Of a stretch of 64,000 nt of DNA, positions 14,009 through 39,188 are shown one piece after another (within the stretch, counting starts at the first letter, position 1; each line of letters starts with the position of its first letter). A model generated the notes under the pieces. The model did no database searches, was not told the DNA's origin, and worked only from the letters and a program-made list of their open reading frames with translations. A program made the translations under genes and the position numbers. Source of the stretch: Chrysomallon squamiferum (taxonomy: Eukaryota; Animalia; Mollusca); the NCBI GenBank assembly GCA_012295275.1, contig CM022678.1:6758001-6822000 (forward strand), read 5' to 3'.

Positions 14009-14532
14009 TTTACTTTCTACTTTTAATCGTACCTGTTTATCTAAATACCTATCCACCTGTCATTATACCTACGTACCTACCTCATACTTACCTACTTACC
14101 TAAATCATACGTACCTATCTACTTCTTTATCTACATACCTACCTCTACGTGACTACCTATCTATCCTAATCATCTGTCTGGCTGTCTGTGTATCCATGTA
14201 TACTGTTCACTAGTAATTATCTGCCGTAATATTATCGACGCCATTTTATACATTTTCCTACAAACTGTGGTGACGATGATACAAAAAATGTTCTGCGGTC
14301 TATGTGAGCTAACGAAGAGAAAAACGTATTTAAAAAAATAAAAAATCATAATAAATAAAATGTCTCTGTGTTGTTTAGATTCATCCTGTGTGTTGGGTAA
14401 TTTGTGAAAAAGAGTTGGTGAGAACTGCGTGACCTTTTGTGACGTGGTTAACTTAGAAAGCTGCCGAACGACACGCGCATACTTGATATAGTTATTTGTG
14501 GTTGTGTCGTAGAATATATATATATTTTTTTA

Positions 14533-14623
<91 letters not shown>

Positions 14624-14995
14624 GTATATATATATGTGTGTAGATATAGATATATATGGGTTTTATCTTTTTGATTATTTTAATTCATTCAGTCATTCAT
14701 ATCATTGTTTACATCCTAAGGGGAAGAAGATGATGATAAAAATGATGATGATAATAATAATAATAATAATAATAATTCAACAATAAAATAACAAAAAAAA
14801 CAACAACAAACAAACGAAAAACAAATATAACTATAACAACAACAACAATAATGATGATGATAATGATGATGATATTAATAAGAGGAATTAGAAGAAATAT
14901 GATCATAAAGAAGAGGACAATGCTAACAACTACGACTAGATGGTGACGTCGATGTTGGTAAATGTGTTGCATAAGTAATTAAATCGTAATAAAAC

Positions 14996-15095
<100 letters not shown>

Positions 15096-15719
15096 ATTAA
15101 CATTCTCGTATTCACTCTCTTTCTCTCTCATACATAATAATTATACAAAGACAACATAGCTGAATACAAATTCATTTCTATTAATTTTTACGCTTCCAGA
15201 AATCGCTAGTTTAAATTTCCGAATCCGTATTTACATACATTCCAAGTTTTGTAGAAATCTTCTTAACGCCAACGCGCTGGAAAAAAAAAAAATTAAAAAT
15301 TAAAACAACAACAAAAAAAGCCCACTGAATATTTAAAATTCAGAAACATTACAGCAGATTTAACTAATTTTTTCTTTTCTTTCTTGTTATTTTGATTAGA
15401 TCAATCTACAAGACAAGGATGTTTGTCATAAATGTGTAAAGTTTTAGTGCTTTCCAGAACAAGCTGATGGAAATCAATGAAACGCAGAGCTTATTTCTTT
15501 TTTTATTATTTACTTAATTTAATTCACGAAGCAGAAAAGTTTGTGTTTATATTCTTTGTATTTATCTTGGTTTCTTCTTGTTTTCAAAGGAAACAGAATC
15601 TCGTCAAGTCACAACCAAACAAAGGTAATTTAATATTTAAACAGAAGAGGACAATATAAACATTCATATACACATAGAATATACATAGAATACATATACA
15701 TACATACATACATATATAC

Positions 15720-15751
<32 letters not shown>

Positions 15752-16359
15752 CAGAAAAGAAAATGAAAGAATAGAAAAGAAAAAAAAAAAAAAAAAAAGG
15801 AAAAGAAAAAGAAAACAAACAAAAGAACCTAACAAAAAACTTACCGACAAAAAAAAAAAAGACTTTGAGTCAGGAATCTATCTTCTCTGCAAACATCCAC
15901 CTATAGAGTTTTATGCTGTGTTAATTTTAATTAATATACGTACATTCTGCTACACATACCGGACATAAATTAATCCACCGAGCATATTTCTGACAATGTG
16001 CATTGTCTCCTTTGTTTTGAATGTAAGAATGGTAAGAAGAACGACATTTTCTTAGTCTATATACATAAATGTAAGTTTGAAGAAAAAACGAAATATGAAT
16101 AGAAAATAGATTATCACTTATTAATATCGTACGTAGAATTTTTTTTATTTTTTCGTTTTCTGATTATTCATTGTATTTGTGCTTGCTTTATTCCGTGCTG
16201 TTATGATTTATTCGGTTTAAGAAAGTGAAAACGTATAAAATGTCACAGAAAGCCAAGCTGTGTTACGCAGACTCTAATAAACGACCAAGCAAAATATCGA
16301 AGACTTTGCAAAAATATCCACTTTGACTTCTTCGAAGAAAAGAGGAAAAACAGTTTTAA

Positions 16360-17110
16360 TATCAAGTTTGTCTACTTGGGACACGATAAAGAAATCATCA
16401 AGTTTGGCTCATTCCAAGACAAACAGAAATATCAAATTTGGCTTCTGTAAAGGCGACAACAAAAAATATAAAGTTTGGCTTCTTCGAAGACTCGAGAAAA
16501 CATCAATTTTTTTTCTTCAAAGCTTACAAGAAAAACATCAAGTTTGACTTGTCTAAAAAACAAGAAGAATATCAAATTCAGCTTTCTTCGAAAATTACAA
16601 TAAAAACATCAAGTTTGGCTTGTCTAGAAACAAGAAGAATATCAAATTCGGCTTTCTTTGAAGCTTACAAGAAAAACATCAAGTTTGGCTCGTCTAGAAA
16701 CAAGAAGAATATCAAATTCGGCTTTCTTCGAAAATTACGAGAGAAACATCAAGTTTGGCTTGTCTAAAAAAACAAAAAGAATATCAAATTCGGCTTTCTT
16801 CGAAAATTACTAGAAAAACATCAAGTTGGCTTTCTAAAAGAAAAAAAATAATATCAAATTGGGCTTTCTTCGAAGATTACAAGAAATACATCAAGTTCGG
16901 CTTGATTAAAAAACAAAAAGAATATCAAATTCGGCTTTCTTCGAAGATTACAAGAAAAACATCAAGTTTGGCTTGTATAACAAAACAAAAAAACAAAAAT
17001 CAGATTCGGCTTTCTTCGAAGATTACTAGAAATACATCAAATTTGGTTGTCTGAAAAAAAAAAGAATTTTTTTTTTTAACTTTGGCTTATTTCAGTAACA
17101 AGAACGTCAA
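16360..17110. repeat. About 70-bp tandem repeat (two related ~35-bp halves), about 10 copies, abutting FReD lectin 1 exon 1
   Basis: catcaa(g)tt recurs at 16536, 16607, 16677, 16747, 16819, 16889, 16960 and 17035, alternating with atatcaaattcggctttcttcg. Confidence 0.88.
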
Positions 17111-17112
17111 CT

Positions 17113-22269
<5,157 letters not shown>

Positions 22270-22639
22270 GTGGTTTATCTTCCAAGAAAGGGGCTGTGGA
22301 TTTGAGAGACATTGGTTGGAGCAAATCAGTTTGCATTCATTTCTCAAGTTTTTTAAAAGACATTGGCTGGATTGGAAATTTTTTGAATTTTCATTTAAGC
22401 TAACACAAGATATCGAAATGACATTGATGTATTGAGAAGATGTAGACAATAATGTAGAAAAAAGGTTTACAAAAAAAATATTGAATTAAAAAATATGTGA
22501 TTTAAAATACGTGATTATAAATATACGTAACAAATGACAATTAACCACCCCCACCCCAAAAAACAACAACAACAACAACAACAACACGTTTTTGTTTTTC
22601 AAAACTTAGACTAGTAACGACGTGCAGCTGGTTCTATTT

Positions 22640-23040
22640 TTGAAAATCTGTGTTTCAAAATAATTGATATTCCACTAATTATTAATATCGTTGTAAAGTT
22701 TCATATTGCAAGTCAATAAAAGAAAAATTAAAAAAAATAATAATATGTTGCAGATTTGATGTGTTAAACGATCTCTTATTTGAAAACACAATATCTGTGT
22801 TTTAAAACTAATTGATTTTCCACTAATTATTAATATCATGGTAAAGTTTCATATTGCAAGTCAATAAAAGAAAAATTAAAAAATAATAATGTTCTGCAGA
22901 TTTGATGTGTTAAACGATCTCTTATTTGAAAATACAATATCTGTGTTTTAAAACTAATTGATTTTCCAAAAAAATATCATGGTAAAAAGTTTCAAAAAAG
23001 AAATAAAAGAAAACTTAAAAAAAAAAATGTGCTGCAGAAA
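22640..23040. repeat. About 147-bp tandem duplication, about 2.7 copies
   Basis: atctgtgttt recurs at 22646, 22793 and 22939 with near-identical intervening sequence. Confidence 0.88.
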
Positions 23041-23829
23041 AGAAGAAAGTTCATATAATTAATAAAAAAAATAAAAAAAAAAGAAAAAGAAAAAAAAAGA
23101 AAGAAAGAAAGAAAGAAGGTAAGGATGAAATAAAGAAGAAGAAGCAGAAGAAGAAGAAGAGGAAGAAGTAGTAGTAGTAGTAGTAGTAGTAGAAGCAGTA
23201 GAAGTAGTAGAAGAAGAAGTAGAAAAAGAAGAGGAACAAAAACAAAAAGAAGAACAAGAACAAGAAGTAGAAGCAGAACAAGAACAAAAAAAAAACCTGA
23301 TACACTGATTTAAGACATTTTAATTGTTTTTAGCTTTTTTTTTATCTTTTATTGCAAATTTTCTTTTTAATGTATTTTATTTATTTTAAATAGAGTTTAT
23401 TTGACGTCATTTTATTATGACGTAGACGAAGTTGCTAAGTAACGTAACTTGGGACGTAACAACGTTCGCAGAACTATAACAATCACGTAAAAGCGAAATG
23501 ACGTAAAGAGGGCTCTAACCACCAAGTCATAGATTCAGTACCTTCGTTGTAACTATGGTAACATTTGATTAACAACTCATTAATAATTACTAATTCTTTA
23601 CTGCTGCAAGATATTGACACATTTTATCGCTTTATAGTAAACAGGATATTTATCTAATTGGAAATGCATACTCTATTTGTTCTAAATAATCATAGTCGAT
23701 TAATAATTGAACCAATATTAATTTAGTTTCTTTGTAAGAAGTTTTAAAGTCGGTCAGCTTGAAAAGAATCGATTAAACCTTACGACTTGTGGAAACAAAT
23801 GAACAAAGACAATAATTATCTTCTTCTAA

Positions 23830-23873
<44 letters not shown>

Positions 23874-24017
23874 TGCTAGATGATAAAAAATAAATATATA
23901 AAACGACGTGTTGATATGAACGAATAGTCATATGGCCAAATCATTTATAGAACGAAGATTCTGAAATTTAGTTTTTATATCGTCTTAATTAAAAAAAGAA
24001 AAAGAATAAGTAAGCCA

Positions 24018-24113
<96 letters not shown>

Positions 24114-24137
24114 AAGAAGAAGAAGAAGAAGAAAAAA

Positions 24138-29422
<5,285 letters not shown>

Positions 29423-29603
29423 CTAAGCACTGATTGCGTCATAATACAGTGACGTCATAATACGTTGACGTTGCGTGTTGATCGTCACGTGCGTGGCATC
29501 GTGAAAGGATTCCATTTTTTTAATTTTTAAATTTATTTTTATTTAATTATTTATTTGTTTGTTTGTTTATTTATTTGTTTGTTTGTTTATTTATTTATTT
29601 ATT

Positions 29604-29676
<73 letters not shown>

Positions 29677-30390
29677 TTTTAAAATGATGTTACTAAAATT
29701 CTTTGTAGGACCTGCTCTGCTAACTGGAGTTTTTTAATAATAATAATAATAATAATAATAATTAATAATAATAATAATTTGTTGTTCGTGCTGCAACGAA
29801 TGTTGTTTATTTATTTATTTAAATATTAATTTAATTTCTTTCTTTCTCTCTTTCTTTCTTTATTTATTAGCAATAGTATTGTGATGTACACATATGTCCA
29901 GCTTTGCTAAATAGTAATAACGATCGATCTGGAATAATCACATTTGTCTAAATCGAATAAAAGGACCGCATTCAAATTTACGTAGAGTAATTAAGATATC
30001 TTGTTGTAACAATATCTTATTTTCTTCATAATTTTCTTTCCTTTTCATTATTAAAGTTAAGCATATAAAAGAATATTTTTAAAAAATAAATAAAATCTTT
30101 ATTCAAAACATTTGACAGCTACAACGTATCAAGATAATAAATAGATTGATAGACAGAGATGGAGACAGATAAAGAGAGCGACTGATATAAAGGCAAAGAG
30201 AAAAAAGGGACATACTGAGAGAGAGAGAGAAAGAGTGAGAGAGAGAGAGAAAGAGAGAGAGAGAAACAAAGATATTAAAACAAAAATAAAAATAATTATA
30301 TTGCCAAATTAATTAATACGAAACGATTTCTAAAAACGTACAATAATAACGATAATAATAATAATAATGTTAATAATAATAATAATAACA

Positions 30391-30446
<56 letters not shown>

Positions 30447-30598
30447 TTTAAAATCTCTATACATTCCTCTGAATTTGTTGCTCCTATTTCTGTTTATTTT
30501 TTTTTCCTTACTTTCTCTTCTGAATTTTATTTATTATTCCTTATTATTCCCTATCCCCCCTTCCCCCGGATTTCAAGTTTCTTCAACTTTTTTTAATT

Positions 30599-31537
30599 CT
30601 ATTCTGATTCTTTGATCCACTGAATATATGCAGGCCACTGCTTGTATTGTTCCAGCGCTAATTCTTTTTGTTCGGAGCCGACGTTATCCGAAGCGTAAAC
30701 AGTGAACGCTTTCATTCTGTTCCCTAGCAACAGTTCTATGAGAGACACAGCTTTCGGAGTCGCCTTTATCGCGTCCCACTTCATGATGATGACGCTCACG
30801 TCGATAGTATTCATCACTTCAGCAGAGACGTGTAAGAGATCGAACTCGAAACCGTCGGCGTCGATTTTAACTATCACTTTGTTGGACTTCACGTACGGTA
30901 AGACATCGTCGAAACGCACGGTCTGCGAGACAAACAGAGAGTAGTCTCCCTTGAGGGAGATCTCCTCGATCTTCTTAGAGCTGGGCTTCCCGGCGTAGAA
31001 GAGGAGAATTTTGTCCAGCACGTCGTTCTTCCGCGCGGTTTCGCAGAACTCTACGACGCTTATTTGCGAAGACGATATTAGAGTTACCTCCCTTCCGTAT
31101 TTCGCTGCCAGCAGTGCGTATTCGCCGAATCTGTCCCCGATTTCGATGAATCCGCAGTTAGCGTCCGACAGCAGACGTTCGTTGAACGTTCGGAACAACG
31201 CGTCTTTCTCGACGCCGAACTCGAACTTCTCGCTCGTCTTGTAAATGTAGAAAGACCCGGCGGGCGAGGGGAAGAGCTTGGCGTAGAATTTGAAATTCAC
31301 CGTGCAGAACTGATCGTCCTTTTTCCACTCGTTTTCCCATACGAGCACCGCGACGTCCTTCCCCGTGACGACGGACTCGCGTCGGTCTCCGTGTTTGTAG
31401 TCGTCCAGGAAGTTGATTAAGTTTACGTCCTCGAAAGTCCTACGACCGGTCGTACGATGGACGTAAGCGTAATAACCAAAGTACAGTAGCGCCGTTATTC
31501 CAGTGAGAATAAAACAAATTCGATATCGCCGGAACAT
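30599..31537 (-). CDS. Type II membrane FkbM-family (Methyltransf_21) methyltransferase-like protein with degenerate motifs, 312 aa, single coding exon
   Basis: Acceptor ttttacag at 31559-31560, then ATG at 31537. Basic tail + TM (MFRRYRICFILTGITALLYFGYY), then SPAG, GFIEIGDRFGEYALLAAKYGREV, RFDDVLP, VIVKIDADGFE and C-terminal WPAYIQW; colinear with the 39189-40238 paralog. Confidence 0.85.
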   Translation of the reverse strand: MFRRYRICFILTGITALLYFGYYAYVHRTTGRRTFEDVNLINFLDDYKHGDRRESVVTGKDVAVLVWENEWKKDDQFCTVNFKFYAKLFPSPAGSFYIYKTSEKFEFGVEKDALFRTFNERLLSDANCGFIEIGDRFGEYALLAAKYGREVTLISSSQISVVEFCETARKNDVLDKILLFYAGKPSSKKIEEISLKGDYSLFVSQTVRFDDVLPYVKSNKVIVKIDADGFEFDLLHVSAEVMNTIDVSVIIMKWDAIKATPKAVSLIELLLGNRMKAFTVYASDNVGSEQKELALEQYKQWPAYIQWIKESE

Positions 31538-31612
31538 TGTGTTGGATTGATCTGTTTTCTGTAAAATAAATAAATAAACAGATAGATAGATAGATGGATG
31601 GATAGATGGATG

Positions 31613-31648
<36 letters not shown>

Positions 31649-32295
31649 CATACATACATACATAGATAAATAAATATAGTGTATATTTCTCTCTTTTGAA
31701 AGGTAATATTAACGAACTGGTCTGTTCTGGATGTTAATGGATGTTATTGGATGTAAAGTTAGTAATATTCCAGAATCAAGAACCAAATTGTCCGCTCTGT
31801 TAAGTTTATGATGCTGATTCTTGGAAATTGGTTTTGAAAATTCAAAAAAAATCATAACAAAGATGACAAACAGAGATGCTTCAGATGTAGGTCATTCCTG
31901 AAGAAAGACATTTTTTTTCCAGTGAATGAATTCTGAACGAAAGAAGGAAACACGAAAGAAATAAGACAATGGGAAAAAGATGGAAAAACAAACAAACGAA
32001 AGAGTGACTGAAGTTAATGAAAAGCGAAAGAATGAAAGAAAAACAAACAAAAATTAAATGAAATGATTTAAGAAGAAATTTAAAGAAGTAATGAACAAAT
32101 AAAAAGAGAAAAAAAAAAAAAAAAAAAAAAGAAAAGAAAATACACCGATAATATCGAATGAAGGAAGAAATCAGAGAAAGAACGAATAAACGAATAATTA
32201 TTAGCAAATCCAAAGGCTTATATGTAGTTATCTCCCCTGGTATCACACAACGGTTTTTAATGATCTTATCATCAAACCAAAAAAAAAAATAAAAA

Positions 32296-32335
<40 letters not shown>

Positions 32336-32835
32336 AAAATAAAATAAAATAATAAATAAATTAAGAAAAGAAAAAGCACCAAAAAGCCCAGATAATTCAA
32401 AGACACAATACGTATTTATAGATAATTTCTTACAGACACGATCTCACGTACCATGTTTTCTAACTGACTGCTGTGGAGTTCAGACATCGACTTGAAATAA
32501 TGCTATAAGCGACACGAGAGGGATGGATCCTGTCCCCAGTCACGTGATAATTCATGGACCAACCGCAGACACGCTCTGTTCATTACGACGAAAGGAAGAA
32601 AAGAATGGAAAACCATTGACGTCTGCTTTGTGAATAACTAACGTTATGTGTATATATATATATTGTTGTACGTGTCTATGTGTATGTATGTATGTATGTA
32701 TGTATGTATGTATATATGTGTGTGTGTGTCTGTTTTTATATGTCTGTATGTTGTATTTGTGAACGTTTGTGTGTGTTTGTGTATGTTTGAGTGTATATGT
32801 GTGTTGTATTTTGTGAACGTTTGTGTGTGTGTTTA

Positions 32836-32889
<54 letters not shown>

Positions 32890-33861
32890 CGCGCGCGCAT
32901 TTACGTGCAGGTGTGTACGCCACGATTGCATTTGTATGTGTGTTCACAACTACGATTGAAAAACTTCAAAGCCGACTCTAGCAAACAAAACAAAACTTAC
33001 GTTAGCAGACCGAAAACCTCGAACGAAACGAAACAATCTGACGAATTATAAGAGAAAAATACAAACAAACAAGAAGAAGACCTTTGAGTCGAACGACAGC
33101 AGACAGCAATAAGAAAGAGAGAAACATCTCTCTATTGATAGGTACAGGCTTACGTTGCAAACAATAACAACAAACAAACAAACAAACAAACAATCAACCT
33201 GGATGACAAATAAAAAAACATAACAGCAGGGATTAAGTTGACCTAGCGTTAAACCGTTAAATACTGCTTGAGATGAAATGTAGATACAGGAATGTTTAGT
33301 TGTTGGTTTTTTTTTTTGTTGTTTTTTTAAAAATAATATAATGAAGCAGCTATAATCTTACCTCAGCTCGGTCCTGTACTGTTCAGAATGAACGAAAACT
33401 GATAAAAATAATTTGTATTCAAAACTTTGTCTTGGTTCATCGCTGGGTTGTAAAGCGTTCTAATTTTAAAAGCAGCGGCGGTACAGTCGAAACTTTAGGG
33501 TGGGTGATGTCAGTGAAATACAATAGATTCACAGACTGTCTAACGTGAGGCGTTTAATTCAGGCTAAACTGACGAACATTCATCTGCGAAATGATATAGC
33601 AGTCTTGGTGACGTTTTTGTTAAACTGCTGAATAAGAACTCATAGCAAGTGGGATCGCATTTCAGTGTAGGCTTCTGGTAAAAACTTTTTTTTTTTTTTT
33701 TTTTTTTTTCTGTTTTCTTCATTCCCTTAAAATGTGTTTTATATTTCCTTTCTTTTTATTTTAATAAATATAATTAATTTACTTATTTATTTATTTATTT
33801 TTAATAGATTTCTTTTATTATATTTTATTTTATTTATTTATGTATTCACCCTGTTATTTTA

Positions 33862-33940
<79 letters not shown>

Positions 33941-34440
33941 CCCCTTTTAATTATTCTTTCACTTACACTAGTTAATGTTTGCTCCACTTTCTTCTTCTTT
34001 TTTCTCCTCCTCTAATTTTCTTTTCCTTTATATCTTTCTTCGGAGAACGTATAGGTCAAAGGTTATGCAAATTATCTCAGATTTCCATATAAGGAATGTA
34101 CACGCCCAAAAGAGGCGTCGGTGTTTAATGATCGCAGTTTATGAATATTGAAAGATGGCGGAGAATTGGACGAGTAATTACCTTGCATATTACGTAAGCA
34201 GTAATTACGTTTTTTTGATATTTGAGATTTATTTAAAGCATTTAAAGAAAGCTTATAAATTAATAAAGAAGTAAATCAAGAAAGAAATGATAAAATATTG
34301 GAAAATAAAATTATAAATGGAAAAATGGTAAATGGTGTAAACAAAAAATTACAAATAAATAAATAAATAAATAATATTTTAAAACAAATAAATAAAATAA
34401 AGTAAATAAATAAATAATATTTAAAAAAAAAAAAAAAAAA

Positions 34441-34509
<69 letters not shown>

Positions 34510-34818
34510 CATCTGTAAACTTACCGTCCCTAAACCCTCACCCTCTCTCCACCCCATTTTCTGCCCTCTCTATCTTTACACGGGAAATTTAATTCTTTCC
34601 TTTTGTGTAGATAATGTCTGCTCTTCAGTTAACACGAAGGAAATAAGCGCGTACAGTGTTACAGTCCAGTCAAACCGGTTTCAGCCGTTTAAAACCAGTT
34701 TTGTGTTAGACAGGCAGAAGTTTCACACAGAGGTCAAATAGCTTTCAACTGACCCCATTAATTCATGAACGATTTTACGTTCTGACTCTCAATCTCTTTC
34801 TTTCTCTTTAAAATTGAA

Positions 34819-34869
<51 letters not shown>

Positions 34870-35277
34870 AAATATTAATCAATAAATAAATAAATAATAA
34901 TAATAATAAAAAAAAAAAAAAAGCAAAGAAGAGTGTGGTATTATCGTATCAAACTTCAACTCGAAAATAAACGATTTAGGATATGAGTAGCGTGGAGAAA
35001 AATCCACAACAAACTGAGTTAACAGTCCGAGAATGTCACTGTAGAATGATGATTGTAAAGCGTAAACCGGGATATTGAAATAGTAATTATTATTCAGCTT
35101 TGAATACAGTTTTATATATCACAAAGTCTTTGCTGGTATTTTACTCTCAGACAGAAACACACTTACACACACATACACACGTATGCATGTGTGTGTGTGT
35201 ATATATATATAATATGCCTATATACATACATACATATATATACATAACATACAGATACACACACAGACATACATGTG

Positions 35278-35313
<36 letters not shown>

Positions 35314-35901
35314 TGTGTGTGTGTATCTGTATGTTATGTATATATATGTATGTATGTATATAGGCATATTATGTTAATGTGTATGTACGTATGTATGCAA
35401 GTATATGTGTATGTGTGTGTATCTATATATTTATATGTATGTATGTATGTATGTATGTGTATACGTCTGTGTTTGTGTGTGTACGTATGTATGCATGTAT
35501 ATGTGTGTTTGTGTACGTATGTATGCATGTATATGTGTGTTTGTGTACATATGTATGCATGTATTGTTGTTGTTGTCGTTGTTGTTGGTACGAGTACTTG
35601 TTCACCATCGTGTTTCTGTTGTCGATATTTTACTAGTTTGTGTCCAGCATAATTCTTTGGTATGAATATGATGCAACATTTACAGAAGTAATAGTAATAA
35701 CAACAGCAACAATAATAATAATAAAAATAATAATAATATTACTACTACTACTACTAATAATAGCAATAATAATAATAGTAGCAGTAGTGGAAGTGGTAAT
35801 AGTATTAGTATTAATAGAGTAGTAGTAGTAGTAGTAGTAGTAGTAGGAGTATTAGAGAAGTAGTATGATAGTAGTAGTAGTAATAGTAATAATACAACAT
35901 C

Positions 35902-35938
<37 letters not shown>

Positions 35939-36127
35939 GTAGTAGTAGTAGTAGGAGTATTGGAGAAGTAGTATGATAGTAGTAGTAGTAATAGTAATAA
36001 TACAACATCAATAATAATAATAATAATAATAATAGTAGTAGTAGTAGTAGTAACAATAATAATAATACTACAAGTAGTAGTAATAGTAATAGTAGTAGTG
36101 GTAATAATTGTAATAATAATAATAATA

Positions 36128-36169
<42 letters not shown>

Positions 36170-36666
36170 GTAGTAGTAGTAGTAACAATAATACTACTAC
36201 TACTAGTAGTAGTAATAGTAATAGTAGTAGTGGTAATAATAGTAAAAATAATAATAATAATAGCAATAATAATAATAATAGTAATAATAATAATAATAAT
36301 AACAGTAGTAGTAATAATAATAATAACAGTAATAAAAATAATAGTAATAGTAATAATAATAGTACTTAACTTACTGTAATATACATTGTCCTCTCGAACG
36401 AAGCCGTTCTGTTAGCTGGGACTAATGAATTTCTGAGTCAGCTTTTTAATTGTGTTATTTTTATATTTATTTTCAATTGATCACGCTGAGAATAAACTTC
36501 GCTCTGTAAACGAAGATTTAATTAACAGTATTTAATTAACATTTGTTCAAGTATTGTTACTTAATTAATATTATGTTATTCGCTCTGTGATCCACGCGGT
36601 TTTGTGATCTACACCGAGCAAAATTCTACTTATTTTAATTATTATTTTGTTTTTATTATAATTATA

Positions 36667-36747
<81 letters not shown>

Positions 36748-37424
36748 TTTCATGGCATAAATGAAACAAATTTTCTTTTTGCTATATATATTAAATAATT
36801 TATGGGAACAAAGGGCTAAAAAAAAGTATACTTATTGTTTTTTCACGTCATAAATGAAGCATATTTTTCCTTCTGTTTATAAGGAACAAGGGCTAAAAAA
36901 AAATTAAACAAATCTGAATAATTTTTATCGATGAATTCAGCGAACGTCTGCTAGAAACGCAAGAAAACAGATTTTTTACTTTTATTTCGAGTTTCCTTCA
37001 TTTCTCCACTACAACGATGCAACATCGTGCAACATTGTCGTCATCATCTACGCGGCCATATCGTCGTAAAAAAAAATGCAACTACCTTCACCTCGTCGCT
37101 GATCACGTTGCCAAAAAAAAAAAAATCTTTAGCCAACATCTTAAGGGTTCATTTAGAAATTGAAAAGTAAATGAACAAGTAAAATCACAGAGTGGAACAC
37201 ACAGATGAGCTACTGTATCGTATTCAGAAGTGATGTCCTTATATATATATGTAAATCGTGCATTAATTTAAAGGATTAATCTTAAACCATTTCCGATCCA
37301 AACTTGGTGAAATCTGTTTTATTAGTTTACATTTCCTGTTAAAGGAATTTAATTGTCCTTTTTCGTCACGCTCTTATTTTATAGAAATTTCCTAGATTTT
37401 TTTGTTGTTGTTGTAGATCGCTCT

Positions 37425-37712
37425 TTCAGTTGTAGACCACACGCCAAAGTAGTTTCATGACTCGCAGATGACCCGCCAAAGTAGTTTCATGACGCGTAGA
37501 TGACCCGCCAAAGTAGTTTCATGACGCGTAAATCGCATGCCAAAATAGTTTCATGACGCGTAGATGACCCGCCAAAGTAGTTTCATGACGCGTAGATCAC
37601 ACGCCAAAGTAGTTTCATGACGCGTAGATCACACGCCAAAGTAGTTTCATGACGCGTAGATCACACGCCAAAGTAGTTTCATGACGCGTAGATCACATGC
37701 CAAAGTAGTTTC
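37425..37712. repeat. 32-bp minisatellite, about 9 copies
   Basis: Unit cgccaaagtagtttcatgacgcgtagat(gacc/caca) with period 32 starting at 37442. Confidence 0.92.
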
Positions 37713-38781
37713 GTGTGTTGTAACATATTGTGTTAATCCTATATAATAAACAGAATATAAAACAATTGTTTGTGGTCTGCTCATATAAAATTCTTAATTA
37801 CGTTTTATTACTTGATTTTCTTCTACTATTTTTTAAAATATTTTTTTTGTTTTTATTTTTAACTTCTTTTGTTTTTTTTTAGTCTGGCATTTCAAGAAAA
37901 TAATTTTTTCATTTGGATTTTTTTTTTGTTATTGCTGAGGTTATTGTGTTCTACCTTCTGCTTTCTTCAATTCCCATACAAAATGTCATACAGACACTCA
38001 GATTTTTTTTGAAGAAAAAAAAAAAGTATGAATAGAGTTAAGACGGCCATGCGTGCTTGCTAACATTGTTGTATACTGCATTCTGGTTTCTCTCCAATTC
38101 AAAATGCGAGTATACTAAATAGATGTTAGGAAAACAAATGAAAAGATTTATGATAATTAGAGTGTTTATTTTTATGCTAAACTCCTTATTTTTTTCCTTC
38201 ATGTACAAAATGTGAATATGTTAAATAGACCTTTACAAAAAAACACCGAAGTAAGTACGAAAAGATTTAAGGTAAGTATACATGTGTGTTATTATTATAA
38301 ACTGCATTCTGTTTGTATTCCCATACAAACTGTGAGTGTGCTTTATAGATATTTATAACAAAAAAAAACCACACAACCAAATAAATTAAAAAAAAAAAAA
38401 AAAAAAAAAATCAGATTATATTTAAAATTAAAAATTGAAATATTAAGAATCTTATGTAAAGATTTAAGATAATTAGGTGTTATTATTATTGTTGTATATT
38501 CAATCCTGTTTTCTGTCATGTACCAAATCTGAATACGTTAAAGAGATTAAAAAAACAAACACAAAACCCCTATAAAAACAACAGCAATAAATAAAAAAAA
38601 AAAAAAATTAAAAAAATAAAAAAAAATAAAAGATAGATATGAAAACCATGTTTATATGTGACTGTACCTCAATATGTATTATATATGCAAAGCAGGCAAA
38701 GCAGAGAGAGAGAGAATAAACTGGAGTGAAATATACAAACAGTCAAACAGAGAAACCAGGAAGAAATTAAAACATCTGTAA

Positions 38782-38894
<113 letters not shown>

Positions 38895-38991
38895 TAATCA
38901 TCATCATCATCATGATCTTTAAAAAATCAAATGAATTTCAAAACTAATTTTTTAGATTATTAAAACATCCATAAACAATAATAATAATAAC

Positions 38992-39059
<68 letters not shown>

Positions 39060-39188
39060 TAATAACAATAACAACAATAATAACCATCATAATCATAATC
39101 ATCATCATCATCATCATCGATATGATCGTTAAAAAACCCACAAAAAAACCCACAACAACAACAAACAAATCGTACGAATTAAACAAAA

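Noticed and set aside
16323-17054. Lys-rich ORFs upstream of lectin 1
   Set aside because: Translations of the ~70-bp tandem repeat, with the frame changing between units.
37425-37712. 32-bp repeat array as a CRISPR array
   Set aside because: Units are contiguous with no unique spacers, there are no cas genes, and the context is eukaryotic; it is a minisatellite. The same applies to the 36-, 55- and 31-bp arrays.
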